Virus record (IMG/VR): IMGVR_UViG_3300027973_000051
Length of the DNA stretch: 64,000 bases
Source of the DNA: an uncultured virus (IMG/VR IMGVR_UViG_3300027973_000051)
Taxonomy: Duplodnaviria; Heunggongvirae; Uroviricota; Caudoviricetes
Direction: 5' to 3' (one strand)
Shown here: in pieces, positions 10,401-20,500 of the stretch
Position numbering within the stretch: position 1 is the first letter of the stretch
How the letters are laid out: every line of letters starts with the position of its first letter
Program-made: the position numbers and the translations under genes
The notes under the pieces: model-generated
What the model was told of the DNA's origin: nothing
What the model saw: the letters and a program-made list of their open reading frames with translations, nothing else
Databases searched by the model: none

Positions 10401-10686
10401 GGACTATATGGTTATAAATTAAATCTAGATCTCCATCTCTTTCAGACTTATCTCTAGTATCAAATCTATCAGAACACATATAGCCTTCTACACCAAGTAT
10501 AGGCTTAATACCCTTCGCTTTTGCAATACGGTGCAGTTCCCTATGCCCAGATAAAGTACCGTGGTCAGTGATGGCAATTGCTGGCATCCCTAACTCAACT
10601 GCACGGTCAATGTATTCTTCTGGAGTAGCGATTCCGTCAAAGAGGGAATAGTGGGTATGTACGTGTAAGCCTACGTAAGACATCAA
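7411..10686 (-). CDS. dnaE: DNA polymerase III alpha subunit
   Basis: PHP domain HVHTHYS/TDHG, GRGSAAGS, PDIDTD, HAAG, FNKSH; no intein insertion seen. Confidence 0.97.
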   Translation of the reverse strand: MMSYVGLHVHTHYSLFDGIATPEEYIDRAVELGMPAIAITDHGTLSGHRELHRIAKAKGIKPILGVEGYMCSDRFDTRDKSERDGDLDLIYNHIVLLAKNQIGLENLNKINEIAWTEGFFKKPRFDFEVLEKYAEGIIVTSACPSSVLVKALENNEFAIAKKHIEWFKRVFSDDYYIEVMPHNEAEINKQLIQLADEFGVQVVVTPDCHHSSTDQKEIQEFKLLLNTHVKIDKEHTFEKSKKHTNMMDRLDYLYGHDRQITFNEFDIHLLSYEEMKAAMESQGIDRPDIYSNTLAIAEKVGDYGIQEGLDLLPVQYKNPDKELKELALEGLKERGFEGNQEYLDRLDEELKVIKDKKFGPYFLVVRNMITWAKKEGIMVGPGRGSAAGSLLCYVLRITDIDPIQHGLLFFRFINPDRNDFPDIDTDIQDTRREEVKDYLVRQYRHVASIATFLSFKDKGVVRDVARVLNIPLTDVNKVLKMVDTWDEYCSSKTTREFREKYPEVEIYGEQLRGRIRGTGIHAAGVVTSKDPIFRYAPMETRSSTGSDERIPVVAVDMEEAEKIGLIKIDALGLKTLSVLKDALEIIKERDGKTIDPLTIPMDDANVYQMLSDGYTKGVFQCEAAPYTNLLVKMGVKNLSELAASNALVRPGAMNTIGKDYIAIKHGRQNPSYKHQVIKSFTEETYGCILYQEQVMQACVQLGGMSMSEADKVRKIIGKKKDAKEFDIFKDKFVSGASAYISPNDAKDLWQDFEAHAGYSFNKSHAVAYSTLSYWTAWLKYHYPLEFMYSLLKNEKDKDARTEYLIEAKRMGISIKLPHINDSDIDFKIEGKGIRFGLSGIKYISDKIAERYMVARPFGSYKELEEFTFTKGNGVNSRALQALRVIGAATFTDNPRDEQEIKENLYEYLNLPEFNITVPSHYHAFISSIEDYEEKGSFVMMGMVKSIKRAKGWSRVELLDKTGSVGIFDDEQTTIEAGISYLILANDNRILSAIPVEQIKGSSSALVKFLNYKMLPYKDDDMFVVSFKPRVTKTGKKMASLTVADSSRELHSITVFPTAFAKAYMKIEEGNIYKFSLGKTKDGTVILEDINA

Positions 10687-11340
10687 TTACCAGTCGATGT
10701 TTGTGCTGGTAACAGATGGAGTGTCAAACCCAAAGTAAAATGCTTCTTGCTCTGGATATGGAACTTCACGAACAACCTTTTCTAGGTTGAAGAATTCAAA
10801 ACCTTCCCAATTGAATGGCTCTGAATCTGGCTTGCTTGGAAGAAGTGTGTAGTTGGTTTCAGTTCCCTGACCATTACGCTTTAACTTCCATTCGAGGTTT
10901 GATACGCTACCTGTGTCAAGTGCGTACTCACGGATATTATTAAATGCTGACTGCTTTGAAATTCCTTGTGACCAAACAGCAATATATGGATCCTCAAGGC
11001 CATCGTTCATTAGCACATTACAGTAAAAACGCAAACGTGCTCTCCAACCTGACTTTGGTTCCTTCTTGCCCATTTCACAACCAAAGCAACGGCCTTCTGA
11101 ATCCTGAGTACATGCAGCCTTGCGCTTATAATCTTTTGGATTTGTGTGTTCTGCGACAACTACAGAAAGGCCACGAGCCTCATTATAGTTTGCAGAATCT
11201 TGATCTAGTTCTTCTACAAAACGAATCTTTGATGATTGTCCGTCAGCAAGTTTTACCCAACGAACCTTTTGTCCTGTGTTTTCGTACTTTGGTTTTTCGA
11301 GCAGGGCGTTGATATCTTTTAATCCCTTAATTACGCTCAT
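10687..11340 (-). CDS. Single-stranded DNA-binding protein (gp32-like)
   Basis: H...C...CxxC Zn motif, KLKRNG.GTETNY, acidic/aromatic C-terminus; lies between primase and polymerase. Confidence 0.65.
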   Translation of the reverse strand: MSVIKGLKDINALLEKPKYENTGQKVRWVKLADGQSSKIRFVEELDQDSANYNEARGLSVVVAEHTNPKDYKRKAACTQDSEGRCFGCEMGKKEPKSGWRARLRFYCNVLMNDGLEDPYIAVWSQGISKQSAFNNIREYALDTGSVSNLEWKLKRNGQGTETNYTLLPSKPDSEPFNWEGFEFFNLEKVVREVPYPEQEAFYFGFDTPSVTSTNIDW

Positions 11341-11363
11341 ATGTTTCTCCTTTGTTTGTTGTA

Positions 11364-12308
11364 TTAGTTTAGCATAGATATGATCGCTTTGTCAAATGAG
11401 AAGTCCAACTTCTTTATTTCCTCATCGTTCATATCTCCTATGTCTTTATATTGTTTATCTAGTTTAATTACGGAAACACGAGATCCTAGTTTTTCAACTA
11501 TTCTGTCCTTCATGTTTCCACCTGCTTCATCATTATCTGCAATAACAAATATGTTATTAAAATATTTTTGAAGCAATTCTATTTGTGTTGATGAAACATT
11601 TGCACCTAGGGTTGCAACTGCAGGCAGTCCAACCTGGTCAAGTCTAATTGCATCGAATGATGATTCTACAACATATACCCTATCTGCAGATTTCACCCTA
11701 TTTAAATTAAACAATGTTTTTGCTTTTGGCAGTCCTGGAGTATTTTTAAATTCTTTTCCCTCAACAGATCTTCCAACAAACCCAAGTGGCATTCCATCTG
11801 GACTATGAACTGGGACTGTTACCATATCCTGTTTTTCTGAATACCCTAAAGAAAACTTTGCCCAAGAAGACATGTCAATTTTTCTATACTGATAATAATT
11901 TTTTGCTCTTTCAGATGATAGCAAACCATTGTATAATCTTTTTAATATGAGTTCATCAAATGGGACGAAGTCTGGCTTTGTGTAAAGTTTTTTATTAATA
12001 TCTTGTTCAAGATTTCCTTCAACCTCTTTGCCCTTGATGAATCTAATTGCTTCAAAGTAAGTTCTTCCAGACATATGCATTGTTAACTCTATTAAATCTG
12101 CAACCTTATGACATGAAAAGCAAAAGAAGGTTCCTTTATATTTATCTACTTCTCCTGCTGGTGTCCTATTATTATTATGAAATGGACAAAAGATAATGTA
12201 GTCAGAGTCAATCTCTGACTCAATCGTTACACCTGTTCCTGTGAGTACTCTTTTGATCTGCTCGCTTGTGTATAGATTGCTTTGTTTACGTCTATCCCTA
12301 TTATCCAT
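11364..12308 (-). CDS. dnaG: DNA primase
   Basis: CHC2 Zn finger (CPFH...CFSC), TOPRIM VVESSFD and DNDEAG. Confidence 0.9.
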   Translation of the reverse strand: MDNRDRRKQSNLYTSEQIKRVLTGTGVTIESEIDSDYIIFCPFHNNNRTPAGEVDKYKGTFFCFSCHKVADLIELTMHMSGRTYFEAIRFIKGKEVEGNLEQDINKKLYTKPDFVPFDELILKRLYNGLLSSERAKNYYQYRKIDMSSWAKFSLGYSEKQDMVTVPVHSPDGMPLGFVGRSVEGKEFKNTPGLPKAKTLFNLNRVKSADRVYVVESSFDAIRLDQVGLPAVATLGANVSSTQIELLQKYFNNIFVIADNDEAGGNMKDRIVEKLGSRVSVIKLDKQYKDIGDMNDEEIKKLDFSFDKAIISMLN

Positions 12309-12553
12309 TCGCTTTTCCTTTTCCCTACGTGTACTCCGTGCATTGATATCTCAAACTTAAAATATTGTTTTCTATCATCATAGTCTATCGTAAAATCTGG
12401 GTCTATGTCAATTCTAGGTACATATCCAGATAATCTCATCTCTGATGATAATAATCTTATGTACTCCTGCTTAAGCCTACCAAGAGATGATTCATCTTGA
12501 ATAATGCCATCAAGGTGAAACCTTTTAATAGTCTTATGGTGAAAATTGTCCAT
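12227..12553 (-). CDS. Hypothetical protein
   Basis: 108 aa ORF with TATAAT 5 nt upstream of ATG. Confidence 0.6.
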   Translation of the reverse strand: MDNFHHKTIKRFHLDGIIQDESSLGRLKQEYIRLLSSEMRLSGYVPRIDIDPDFTIDYDDRKQYFKFEISMHGVHVGKRKSEWIIGIDVNKAIYTQASRSKEYSQEQV

Positions 12554-12565
12554 GACATATTATAA

Positions 12566-13786
12566 CTACTTATCTTCAAAATCTTTATATCTATAGTATC
12601 CCTTGTCAAAATCGACCTGCACAAGGAAGTCTCCCATAAAACCATTACGGTTCTTTCTAAAAGCACACTCAATAACATCACTATTTGTGGCACGTCCAAG
12701 TGCAATTACCCAGTCTGCGTCATATGCAATCTGCCTAGACCAAGCAGTCTGTCCAAGTGTTGGAACTCCACTTAGGTCATTGACATCATCTGGTGTTGCA
12801 GATGAAATAGCAATAATTGGAACCTCTTCACCAATAGCCATAAGTTTAAGTTCTCTTGAAAGGTTCTTCATTCGTACAGTTTCGTTATCCGACTTCTGGT
12901 TAGGAGCCATTAGTTGCAGGTAGTCAACGATTACAAAGTCTGGCTTATACTGATCAATCTTTCCACGAAGCACAGATGGATTAATTTCTCCACCTTGATC
13001 ATTTGAGATAATGTGAAACTCAGGTTTTCCTGCAAGATGCTTTGCATGCCACGACTTCAACATATCCATTTCTACTTCGCCATTTGACAACTTGCGGTGT
13101 GACCAAAGTCCTTCCCCCATGATTGTAAAAACACGGTTACGAACCTCTGTCTCGCTCATCTCAAGTGAAATAATTAGTGGAGTCTTTCCTTGCTTCCAAG
13201 CCTGTACAGCAAAATATAAAGCCATCCAAGATTTACCAATTCCTGGGTACGCAAGAAAAACACCAAGTTGACCTGGCATAATTCCAGAAGGAAGGTAGTT
13301 ATCAAATCCAGGAAGATTTGTTTTAATTCCAACATGACCTGCTGCTTGTTGCTTCTTTAAATTTTCAAAATATGCAATTGCGGATTCTAGATCTGTTACA
13401 TCAATATCACGTATCGCTGATGTATTCTTTTTTAGTTCGGAGGTTTTAGTAATTAACTCATCTAGTGCTTTAGTGCCTTGTCCTTGCTGAACTTCTCCCG
13501 CTGCATTTCTAAGAATATCTTTTAGGCTATCATTTAAATATTCTGTTTGTAACTCTTCAAGATGATGCTTTGTTGCACCCACACCCTGAATTGGTTCAAA
13601 GTCACGAAACTTTTCAACAACTAGATTAACTGGAGGTACTGCTGAATTAACTTCAAAATAGTTTCTAATAAAATGCCATACATCTGTGTGCGTACGCAAA
13701 AGATTGTCAACGTTTGCCTGTAGAAGAACGTGAACCTGCTTATCACTAAGGACTGCTGAAATTAACTTTGCTTCTGTATTATTCAC
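12566..13786 (-). CDS. dnaB: Replicative DNA helicase
   Basis: AYPGIGKS, SLEM, VDYLQL, LSRELK, DAD, KNRNG. Confidence 0.93.
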   Translation of the reverse strand: MNNTEAKLISAVLSDKQVHVLLQANVDNLLRTHTDVWHFIRNYFEVNSAVPPVNLVVEKFRDFEPIQGVGATKHHLEELQTEYLNDSLKDILRNAAGEVQQGQGTKALDELITKTSELKKNTSAIRDIDVTDLESAIAYFENLKKQQAAGHVGIKTNLPGFDNYLPSGIMPGQLGVFLAYPGIGKSWMALYFAVQAWKQGKTPLIISLEMSETEVRNRVFTIMGEGLWSHRKLSNGEVEMDMLKSWHAKHLAGKPEFHIISNDQGGEINPSVLRGKIDQYKPDFVIVDYLQLMAPNQKSDNETVRMKNLSRELKLMAIGEEVPIIAISSATPDDVNDLSGVPTLGQTAWSRQIAYDADWVIALGRATNSDVIECAFRKNRNGFMGDFLVQVDFDKGYYRYKDFEDK

Positions 13787-14087
13787 TTAGCCACTCCTTA
13801 GCCATTCTACGGCGCTCTGCCCTGTCTCTATCATCTTGCTCTTTATCTTGTTTAGCCTGAAATATTTTTTCTGTATTATATGCAAAATAGTTCCAAGTTG
13901 GACTTTGTGCAACAGAAAAATAATGCTCTAATAAATCATAGCATGAGCCAATTCCATAAGACTCAATCAAGGCATCTGCTGCCCATTGTTCTACATTTAA
14001 GTTTAGTGATGGCTTTTGCTCATACTTTGCAGTATGGAACTTGCTGTACCTTGAAAGCAAAGCCATGCGGTCTTTGCGATCTGCCAC
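13779..14087 (-). CDS. Hypothetical protein (possible helicase accessory)
   Basis: Overlaps the dnaB start. Confidence 0.55.
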   Translation of the reverse strand: MADRKDRMALLSRYSKFHTAKYEQKPSLNLNVEQWAADALIESYGIGSCYDLLEHYFSVAQSPTWNYFAYNTEKIFQAKQDKEQDDRDRAERRRMAKEWLSE

Positions 14088-14296
14088 TATCCTTCAGCAG
14101 CCTCTGACTGAGCCTCTTGAATTTTTGTAGTTAGTTTGTCTTCAACAAACTTATACACACGATCAAAAGCCTCTTCTGTATTTTCTCCATCACGCTTTGA
14201 ATCAATTACACCAAGATCAAGTCGCAGTGACTGAAAGTTTCCTAGGTTAAGCGTATATCCAAGTGTTACTGATACCTTTGTTGAATCGTTTTCCAT
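14087..14296 (-). CDS. Hypothetical phage protein
   Basis: Start re-called to MENDSTK; contains TLNLGNFQSLRLD. Confidence 0.6.
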   Translation of the reverse strand: MENDSTKVSVTLGYTLNLGNFQSLRLDLGVIDSKRDGENTEEAFDRVYKFVEDKLTTKIQEAQSEAAEG

Positions 14297-14309
14297 TTCA
14301 TACCCTTCG

Positions 14310-14852
14310 TTAAATAGACTCACTCCACACTGGAATAAATCGTCCATCTTCAGTTCTCGTATATGTAAGTATACCATCGCCCATTCTGCGTGTCAACTCT
14401 TGCTTGCTAGGCGTAATATCATTTGTTATTAAATTATCTTTTCGTGGTCTTCCAATATGGTATGAAGCAAGTATATCACGTATCTCTCTTACCTGGGATT
14501 CTGAGTAATATGATCTTACTTGAAAACCTCGTGCACCACCCTTTTGTGATCCAGTTGGGAACGGGATGACTCCTCGTTTCATCAGTGATGGCATATATTT
14601 TTTATGACGATTAACTAATTCAGCAGTCTGACCAACAGTATATGCACGTTCTCTTTTATTTTTAAAATCTCCAATTAAACAACTTTCAATCTGACCCTTT
14701 GTAATATTAAAGACAGACATAATCCCATTTGATTTATTTAAATGATGAACTCTGACTAAATCTCCATTAAGAAACCAAACTTTTTTGTTTCCATAGATTA
14801 TAGGTGCGAGATTGTAGCCTTCGCTTTCGATAGTTCCTTTTTTAAGAGCCAT
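14310..14852 (-). CDS. MerR-like HTH DNA-binding protein
   Basis: YTVGQTAELVNRH...KRGVIP...RSYYSESQV winged-HTH pattern; start re-called after GGAGGG. Confidence 0.55.
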   Translation of the reverse strand: MALKKGTIESEGYNLAPIIYGNKKVWFLNGDLVRVHHLNKSNGIMSVFNITKGQIESCLIGDFKNKRERAYTVGQTAELVNRHKKYMPSLMKRGVIPFPTGSQKGGARGFQVRSYYSESQVREIRDILASYHIGRPRKDNLITNDITPSKQELTRRMGDGILTYTRTEDGRFIPVWSESI

Positions 14853-14989
14853 GTACCCTCCGCTGAATCTGATGGTGGATGAAAAAATCTTCTTGATCCA
14901 CAAGAAATACAGTATATCTCAATATGGTCTATAGTTGTGTATTGTCGATCAATGAACATTCTTCCATTGCATTTAAAACATTTTATCAT
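14798..14989 (-). CDS. Zinc-ribbon protein
   Basis: CFKC...CISCG. Confidence 0.6.
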   Translation of the reverse strand: MIKCFKCNGRMFIDRQYTTIDHIEIYCISCGSRRFFHPPSDSAEGTWLLKKELSKAKATISHL

Positions 14990-15432
14990 TAATTGGGTAT
15001 GCCTATTACTATCAAGTTAACTGCTACTGATACATCTCCAGTAGTATTAAATTTAACTGTTCCCTCAATTTTTGAGGTAGTTACTGTTTTTAAAATAACA
15101 GAAACATTTCTTCCTGCCTCTGTATTTCCAACATTAATTGGTGTTGCAGTTGATATGGGTGCATACTTAAAGTCGCTTGGAAAATCATAAGAAAAGTTAA
15201 CCTCATCACCTGCGGTCTTGCTAGCATTATTGGCAACCTCAACATATCCACCAATGATTCTTGCCTCTGATGCCTTTACGCTTTGCTTTCCAAGACCAGC
15301 AGTATCTACTGTGACGTACTTATATGTTGCTGGTGATACTTGTGAGGATAGGTCATTGACTGCACTTGCTAGTTGGTAAATATATCCAACGTCTAGAGGC
15401 TGTCCTCGTTCTGGTAGTGGTAATTTTGCCAT
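14989..15432 (-). CDS. Minor tail protein
   Basis: Beta-rich, end of tail operon, ends LIVIGIPN. Confidence 0.5.
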   Translation of the reverse strand: MAKLPLPERGQPLDVGYIYQLASAVNDLSSQVSPATYKYVTVDTAGLGKQSVKASEARIIGGYVEVANNASKTAGDEVNFSYDFPSDFKYAPISTATPINVGNTEAGRNVSVILKTVTTSKIEGTVKFNTTGDVSVAVNLIVIGIPN

Positions 15433-15441
15433 GGTTATATA

Positions 15442-15450
15442 ATTATACCA
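15442..15450 (-). promoter_or_regulatory. Extended -10 TGGTATAAT, leaderless
   Basis: 9 nt before ATG 15432; overlaps the upstream GTG GTA TAA. Confidence 0.6.
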
Positions 15451-15895
15451 CTAAATCAATCTGGCCAGACTCAAAAAGTGTTGCTGCTGTGTATCTCTTT
15501 TTAGGAAAAGTTGGAGTTTGAATAGCGATTGCTATACTTGTAGTTGTATTATCAATAATAGTGGACCAAACATTTGTTCCAACAGTTTGAGCATATACCC
15601 ATGACTGATTATTTATTTTTTTATAAATATCAAAAGTTATTTGATCCGTTCTTGGAGTCCAAATAACCTGCAGTGATTTCTTTGTTGGATCAATTGAGTT
15701 CGTTACAATATCTACTGAGTATTCTACTGGATCAACACTGTCTACTACAAGTGAATAGATTGGAGACCAGTGAGAAGATCTGTTCTTGTCTTCTGAAACA
15801 ATTCTATATCTAACAATGTAGTCTTGACCATCCCCATGTATTGCTGGCAAAGTAGGCTTTGGAACTATTGCCTTTTTAATTCCTTGGTCTGCCAC
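15443..15895 (-). CDS. Minor tail protein
   Basis: Translationally coupled in tail operon; VRYRIVSEDKNRSSHWSP. Confidence 0.5.
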   Translation of the reverse strand: MADQGIKKAIVPKPTLPAIHGDGQDYIVRYRIVSEDKNRSSHWSPIYSLVVDSVDPVEYSVDIVTNSIDPTKKSLQVIWTPRTDQITFDIYKKINNQSWVYAQTVGTNVWSTIIDNTTTSIAIAIQTPTFPKKRYTAATLFESGQIDLVV

Positions 15896-17022
15896 TATTG
15901 AACATCCAAGCCAAATCTAAATTCAAGATAGTTAGTTGTATTAGCAGACTTAACGATTGTTTTTGCCTCTGAATTTTTCATAACTGAATATCCCGTCAAA
16001 CCATATAAAGGATTTGCTGTATTTTTATTTTCTAGTCGGATTGCATCAAGACATACATAAAAATCTGATGATGGAACAGAGTTATTTAAAACTGTAGCAT
16101 AAATCTTTACAACATTAACTGTTGACCATGTAAATCCAGAACTCTTATAAAGTTCTTGCAGTTGCTTTGTTATAACAAAATATCTATTTGTTGCAAAATC
16201 ATAACTTCCATCGTCTGTAATATTTACCTCAAAACGAGCAAACTCTCCAGTATCTGATGAAGAATCGCTTGACCCAAACTCTAAAAGAATTCTAACTGCA
16301 TCTGGAACTATTGATGGGTCTGGGTCTTTATTAACTAAAGAAAATGCAAACTTAATTTCATCCGTTGGTGCATTTTTATTAAAATCAATAACTGCTCCAG
16401 TTAGGTGTATATGGTTTGCTCCAGATGGAACAACAATATGATTACTAGAATTAATAGTCAACGAAGAATCGTCTCCAACTATAGCAACAATATTATTTAA
16501 GAATCTGCATCGCTCATACCTGCTAACTCTATCCTCATCTGTAAATATTCTGTTATCAGCATTTGTTTGAAAAACATTATATGGCTGATCTATAACATTA
16601 TCATTGTTTGATCCGTCTAATGGTGAATAAACCACTGGTAAAGCAATTGCCTGATCATTTGCGTGATACTCCCAATTTTCAGTACTGACAAAAGAATAGA
16701 CTGACTTACTATCATATGCGCCTGCTGCTGGATTTGAACCAGCAGAGTATATTCCAACCTCAGAAATCTCATATCTTTCTTCTGTAGGTAGTTCTGCTGT
16801 TAAGACTATCTTTGATACTCCGCCTTCATTAACATATCCCCTTGAAGTTATGGGTACACGAAACATCTCAAAGTCTAAAGAAGTCTTGCCTGAGTAGTCC
16901 CCAAACACCCCATCAGAAGCCAGAGGAGTGGCACCACAGCCTACAGCAATGTATGAGGCATATGCTGGGGCCTGTCCCACCAAATACTTCGCTAAAATGC
17001 TTTTACCAGTATTAGTAATCAT
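15895..17022 (-). CDS. Minor tail/baseplate protein
   Basis: MITNTGK...IAVGCG...EVGIY resembles tail-collar/baseplate N-termini. Confidence 0.55.
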   Translation of the reverse strand: MITNTGKSILAKYLVGQAPAYASYIAVGCGATPLASDGVFGDYSGKTSLDFEMFRVPITSRGYVNEGGVSKIVLTAELPTEERYEISEVGIYSAGSNPAAGAYDSKSVYSFVSTENWEYHANDQAIALPVVYSPLDGSNNDNVIDQPYNVFQTNADNRIFTDEDRVSRYERCRFLNNIVAIVGDDSSLTINSSNHIVVPSGANHIHLTGAVIDFNKNAPTDEIKFAFSLVNKDPDPSIVPDAVRILLEFGSSDSSSDTGEFARFEVNITDDGSYDFATNRYFVITKQLQELYKSSGFTWSTVNVVKIYATVLNNSVPSSDFYVCLDAIRLENKNTANPLYGLTGYSVMKNSEAKTIVKSANTTNYLEFRFGLDVQ

Positions 17023-17513
17023 TAATTATTCACCTCATATATTGTACCATCAAGAATGACTCCTGCGTTTAAAATCTGAACTTCGACAACTTCATCCTTT
17101 TCTAGATTTATTACATTTATCACTATATTTCCAGTTTCTGAATCTATGTAGACAATTTCTCCATTAGGTCCAGTTCCCACATTTGGGATCTTATTTTCTA
17201 GTTTAATTGGAAAATTTTTAAAATAGGCAGCAGATGTATTTTGAAGCGCCAAAACGTTTTGTGGATTATACTGTAGGTATAGGCTAGTTAAATTTTTGAT
17301 TGGCTGATAAATAACATCTTGTCCATTAACCATGTCATTTCTACTAATGCTAATTAGTTCCTGGCCACCAATATTCTCAAAGATTAAATCAGTCATTACC
17401 TCAATTGGAACGACTGAGTCATCAAAAATAATTAGATCTGGTGTTGCTATCTTTACACTTGCAACTAGTAATGGATCTGCTCCTCCTGGAGCGTCTGGTG
17501 TTGCTAATACCAT
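17022..17513 (-). CDS. Minor tail protein
   Basis: Coupled by TAATG overlaps within tail operon. Confidence 0.5.
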   Translation of the reverse strand: MVLATPDAPGGADPLLVASVKIATPDLIIFDDSVVPIEVMTDLIFENIGGQELISISRNDMVNGQDVIYQPIKNLTSLYLQYNPQNVLALQNTSAAYFKNFPIKLENKIPNVGTGPNGEIVYIDSETGNIVINVINLEKDEVVEVQILNAGVILDGTIYEVNN

Positions 17514-20500
17514 TATGCTACCTCACTTAAATATACTGTCATTGATGGACCATTAAAATCTTTTGAGTGCTGGATATTGTAGATTACATATCTAGAGTCT
17601 TCCTTGCCAGCCTTATTTACGCTATTTTGTGAATAATTAATTTTAACAATATCTCCAAGTTGCAATGTCGGAGTTGAGAAAATCTTAATACCAAATGATT
17701 TTCTTGGTTTAGTTATTTTAGATGTTACCCACTTCATAAGTTCGTTGGCATCATCTTCTGTCTGAATGTATGGAACATTTAAAGAAAAATCTTTTTTGCC
17801 ATAAGTCATTCTACTAAGTTTAATATCTTCATATGCTTTTTCTATTTTAAAAGGAGAGGATATTAATTGGTTATTTTTAAACTCTGGATTTGAAAAATCG
17901 CTATTTTTTGAAAAATAATCATCTACAGTTAAGGAGTTTCTTGATTCTTGTGTAAAGGTTATTCCCTGAATTCTTAAATAGTTTCCAGTAGTTTCATCTA
18001 GGCTAAGTGCGGTATCTGTTGCATTGAATATCATAAACTCAGCACCATAAGATCCTGCTCTAAATCCAGAAACAGTATATCCTTTAATTCTGTTAAAAGT
18101 TGGTGATAACTTTGCATACAGAGCGGGGTACGCTTTATCATATCTAATATTAAAGGTTGAGGCTTCACGCATAATGGTACCAAACTCTTCAAAATAAATC
18201 TTATACTCTGGAGGTTGATTTGGACTTATTCCAGATAGATAAGTTCCTTGTATGATTCCACTCATTGCATATTTTCTGAATGACTCATTTGCATCTATTT
18301 CTGCATCATCAAATATTGAGTTAACTGGTGTATCAAGAACAAACGATGTATTTTGGCTATAGTTATTTGTCAGTGCATAAATATTTTCAAACATAATTCT
18401 TGAAGATCCTCTTACGAACAAAGCCATATTATTATATACTGGAAGAGGAGTTGTATCATCAACGGTTGTAATTAATTTATTATTTATATATAGGTAGAAT
18501 CTTCTAATGTTTCCAATATCTTGATACTCTACAGATAAGTCGTATACCGTTGGATTTTGCTCAGAAGCCATCCTGTATTGACCTGTAAATTTTCCATCGT
18601 CTACAATAATATTGGACAATCCTTCCCAAAGTTTTACTGGAATAGCGTTACCTTCATTTTGCTCTATTTTATAAAATAAAATGTTGTTTACATTTGCAGA
18701 CTCCAAAGAATTTAAATCAGTTGTACCTAATGCAACAATTTCAAAATAATATCCATTATTTGTTTCTGGATTAATCAGAACACCTAATCCACCAGAACCA
18801 CCAGCAATTGTAATTGTTTGATCTGGTGTTGAGCCAGGAACTACATAATATGTTGAACTGCCAATGGCTGTTTGTCCACGATCCATATTATTTTCTATTT
18901 TTCCAATAACTCTCATCCTTGTTCCAAAGTGCTTATATCTGTCATTTAATGGTTTCTTGACATATGATATAAAATCAAGAGGTGATTCTGTAGTTGTAAA
19001 TGATGGTCCATTCATTAATAATGCTGATGACTGTATTGTTCCAGTTTGAGTAACCCTCATATTTGCAACATCCGACTCAGTTGTATAGTTAGATGACAAA
19101 AAGTTTCTGATAATTCCATTACGTGTAGTTTTTTCTGCAAGTGTTTTATTTATTCCAGCAGTACCAATTGATGTTGTTGGTGGTGTAAGACCATTTGTAA
19201 ATAAGTATTTTGACTGCATCGTACAACCTTGAACGTTTTCATTATTTGACCAATAAGGGTCTAGGCCAGCAGAGTGTGATGTAACTGGAGTTCCAAATTG
19301 TGCACGTCCATGTTTTGCAACTGCACCATTTTTAAGTCGTAGAGTTCCATTAACTTCTTCATAGTTTGGTTCAGAGTAGATACGTACTAGTCCTGTTGGA
19401 TAGATCTTTCCATTAAAAGGAAGTTTAGAAAAATAGTTTTCGTACTCTTGTACATTATTAATCCACACATTGCCATAGCCAGATATATTATATTCAACTG
19501 CATCAAACTTTATAATCTCTCCATTTGAATAAAAGTATCCATTATATCTTGTAATCCAGTAAACTCCCTCTCCAAGATCCATAGTATTGTTAATTAATCG
19601 ATTACCAGATACAGTTGGAACGGATGCAGATAGGTTTGAATTTAATGGAATAGCGCTAAGCATATACGTTGACTGATTTCCTACCTGATTATTTACAGAT
19701 TTTGTTGTAGAGGTACCACTAACTTCCCACAGAAGTACAGGCTTATATATCCATGTCTTTTCTGCATCAACAAGGTTTGCTTGTCTAATTGAGCCTATTG
19801 ATCTTTGAATATATCTTGTTTCATAATTAATGACACCATCGTTATATACTGTTGTGTCCTGACCACTTATTTCAATTATGTTTGCATTATTTGTATCACC
19901 ATCTAAAACAAAATCTGTTGATCTTTCTGACTCTAAAGGCATAACGAAGTTTTTACTCATCATGACAAAGTTGTTATACTCATCAAAAAACATTGCTGTT
20001 TGTGTTGATACTGCTAGGTCTTGTAATATTTCTGCGACATTCTTATCTGGCGGTATAAAGAAATATGGAATAACAAGATCCTTTTCTCCATCAACTCTGT
20101 TAAAAGCATAGTTAGAAAATCCGATTGAATCAAGCAGTAGTGATACTGCTGCAGATAAAGATGTATTTGTTGATAGTATTTGTGGAGCAATTAATGATTC
20201 AAAATAAAAATATAAGTCTCTTAAACTAAGTTCAATCCTTTTTGATGAATTATCTATAGATGGAAATCCTTCTGAATACATAGTCTTAATTGGTACGTAA
20301 TAATCATACCCACCAACATCTACAACTATTTCATAAAACTTAAACTGGATATGTCTTGAAATATAGTCCTTAATTATGCTATCTGCATTATTTGATTGAA
20401 AGGCATCATCATAATCAAAGAGTGTAACTGATCCAGTTGATGCAAGTAGTTGACTTACTGGCATTCCAGTAATGCCAAGGTCTGATGCCATTTTTGTAAC

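Noticed and set aside
12566..13786. Truncated DnaB pseudogene
   Set aside because: 406 aa with all helicase motifs intact, within the normal range for phage DnaB-like proteins.
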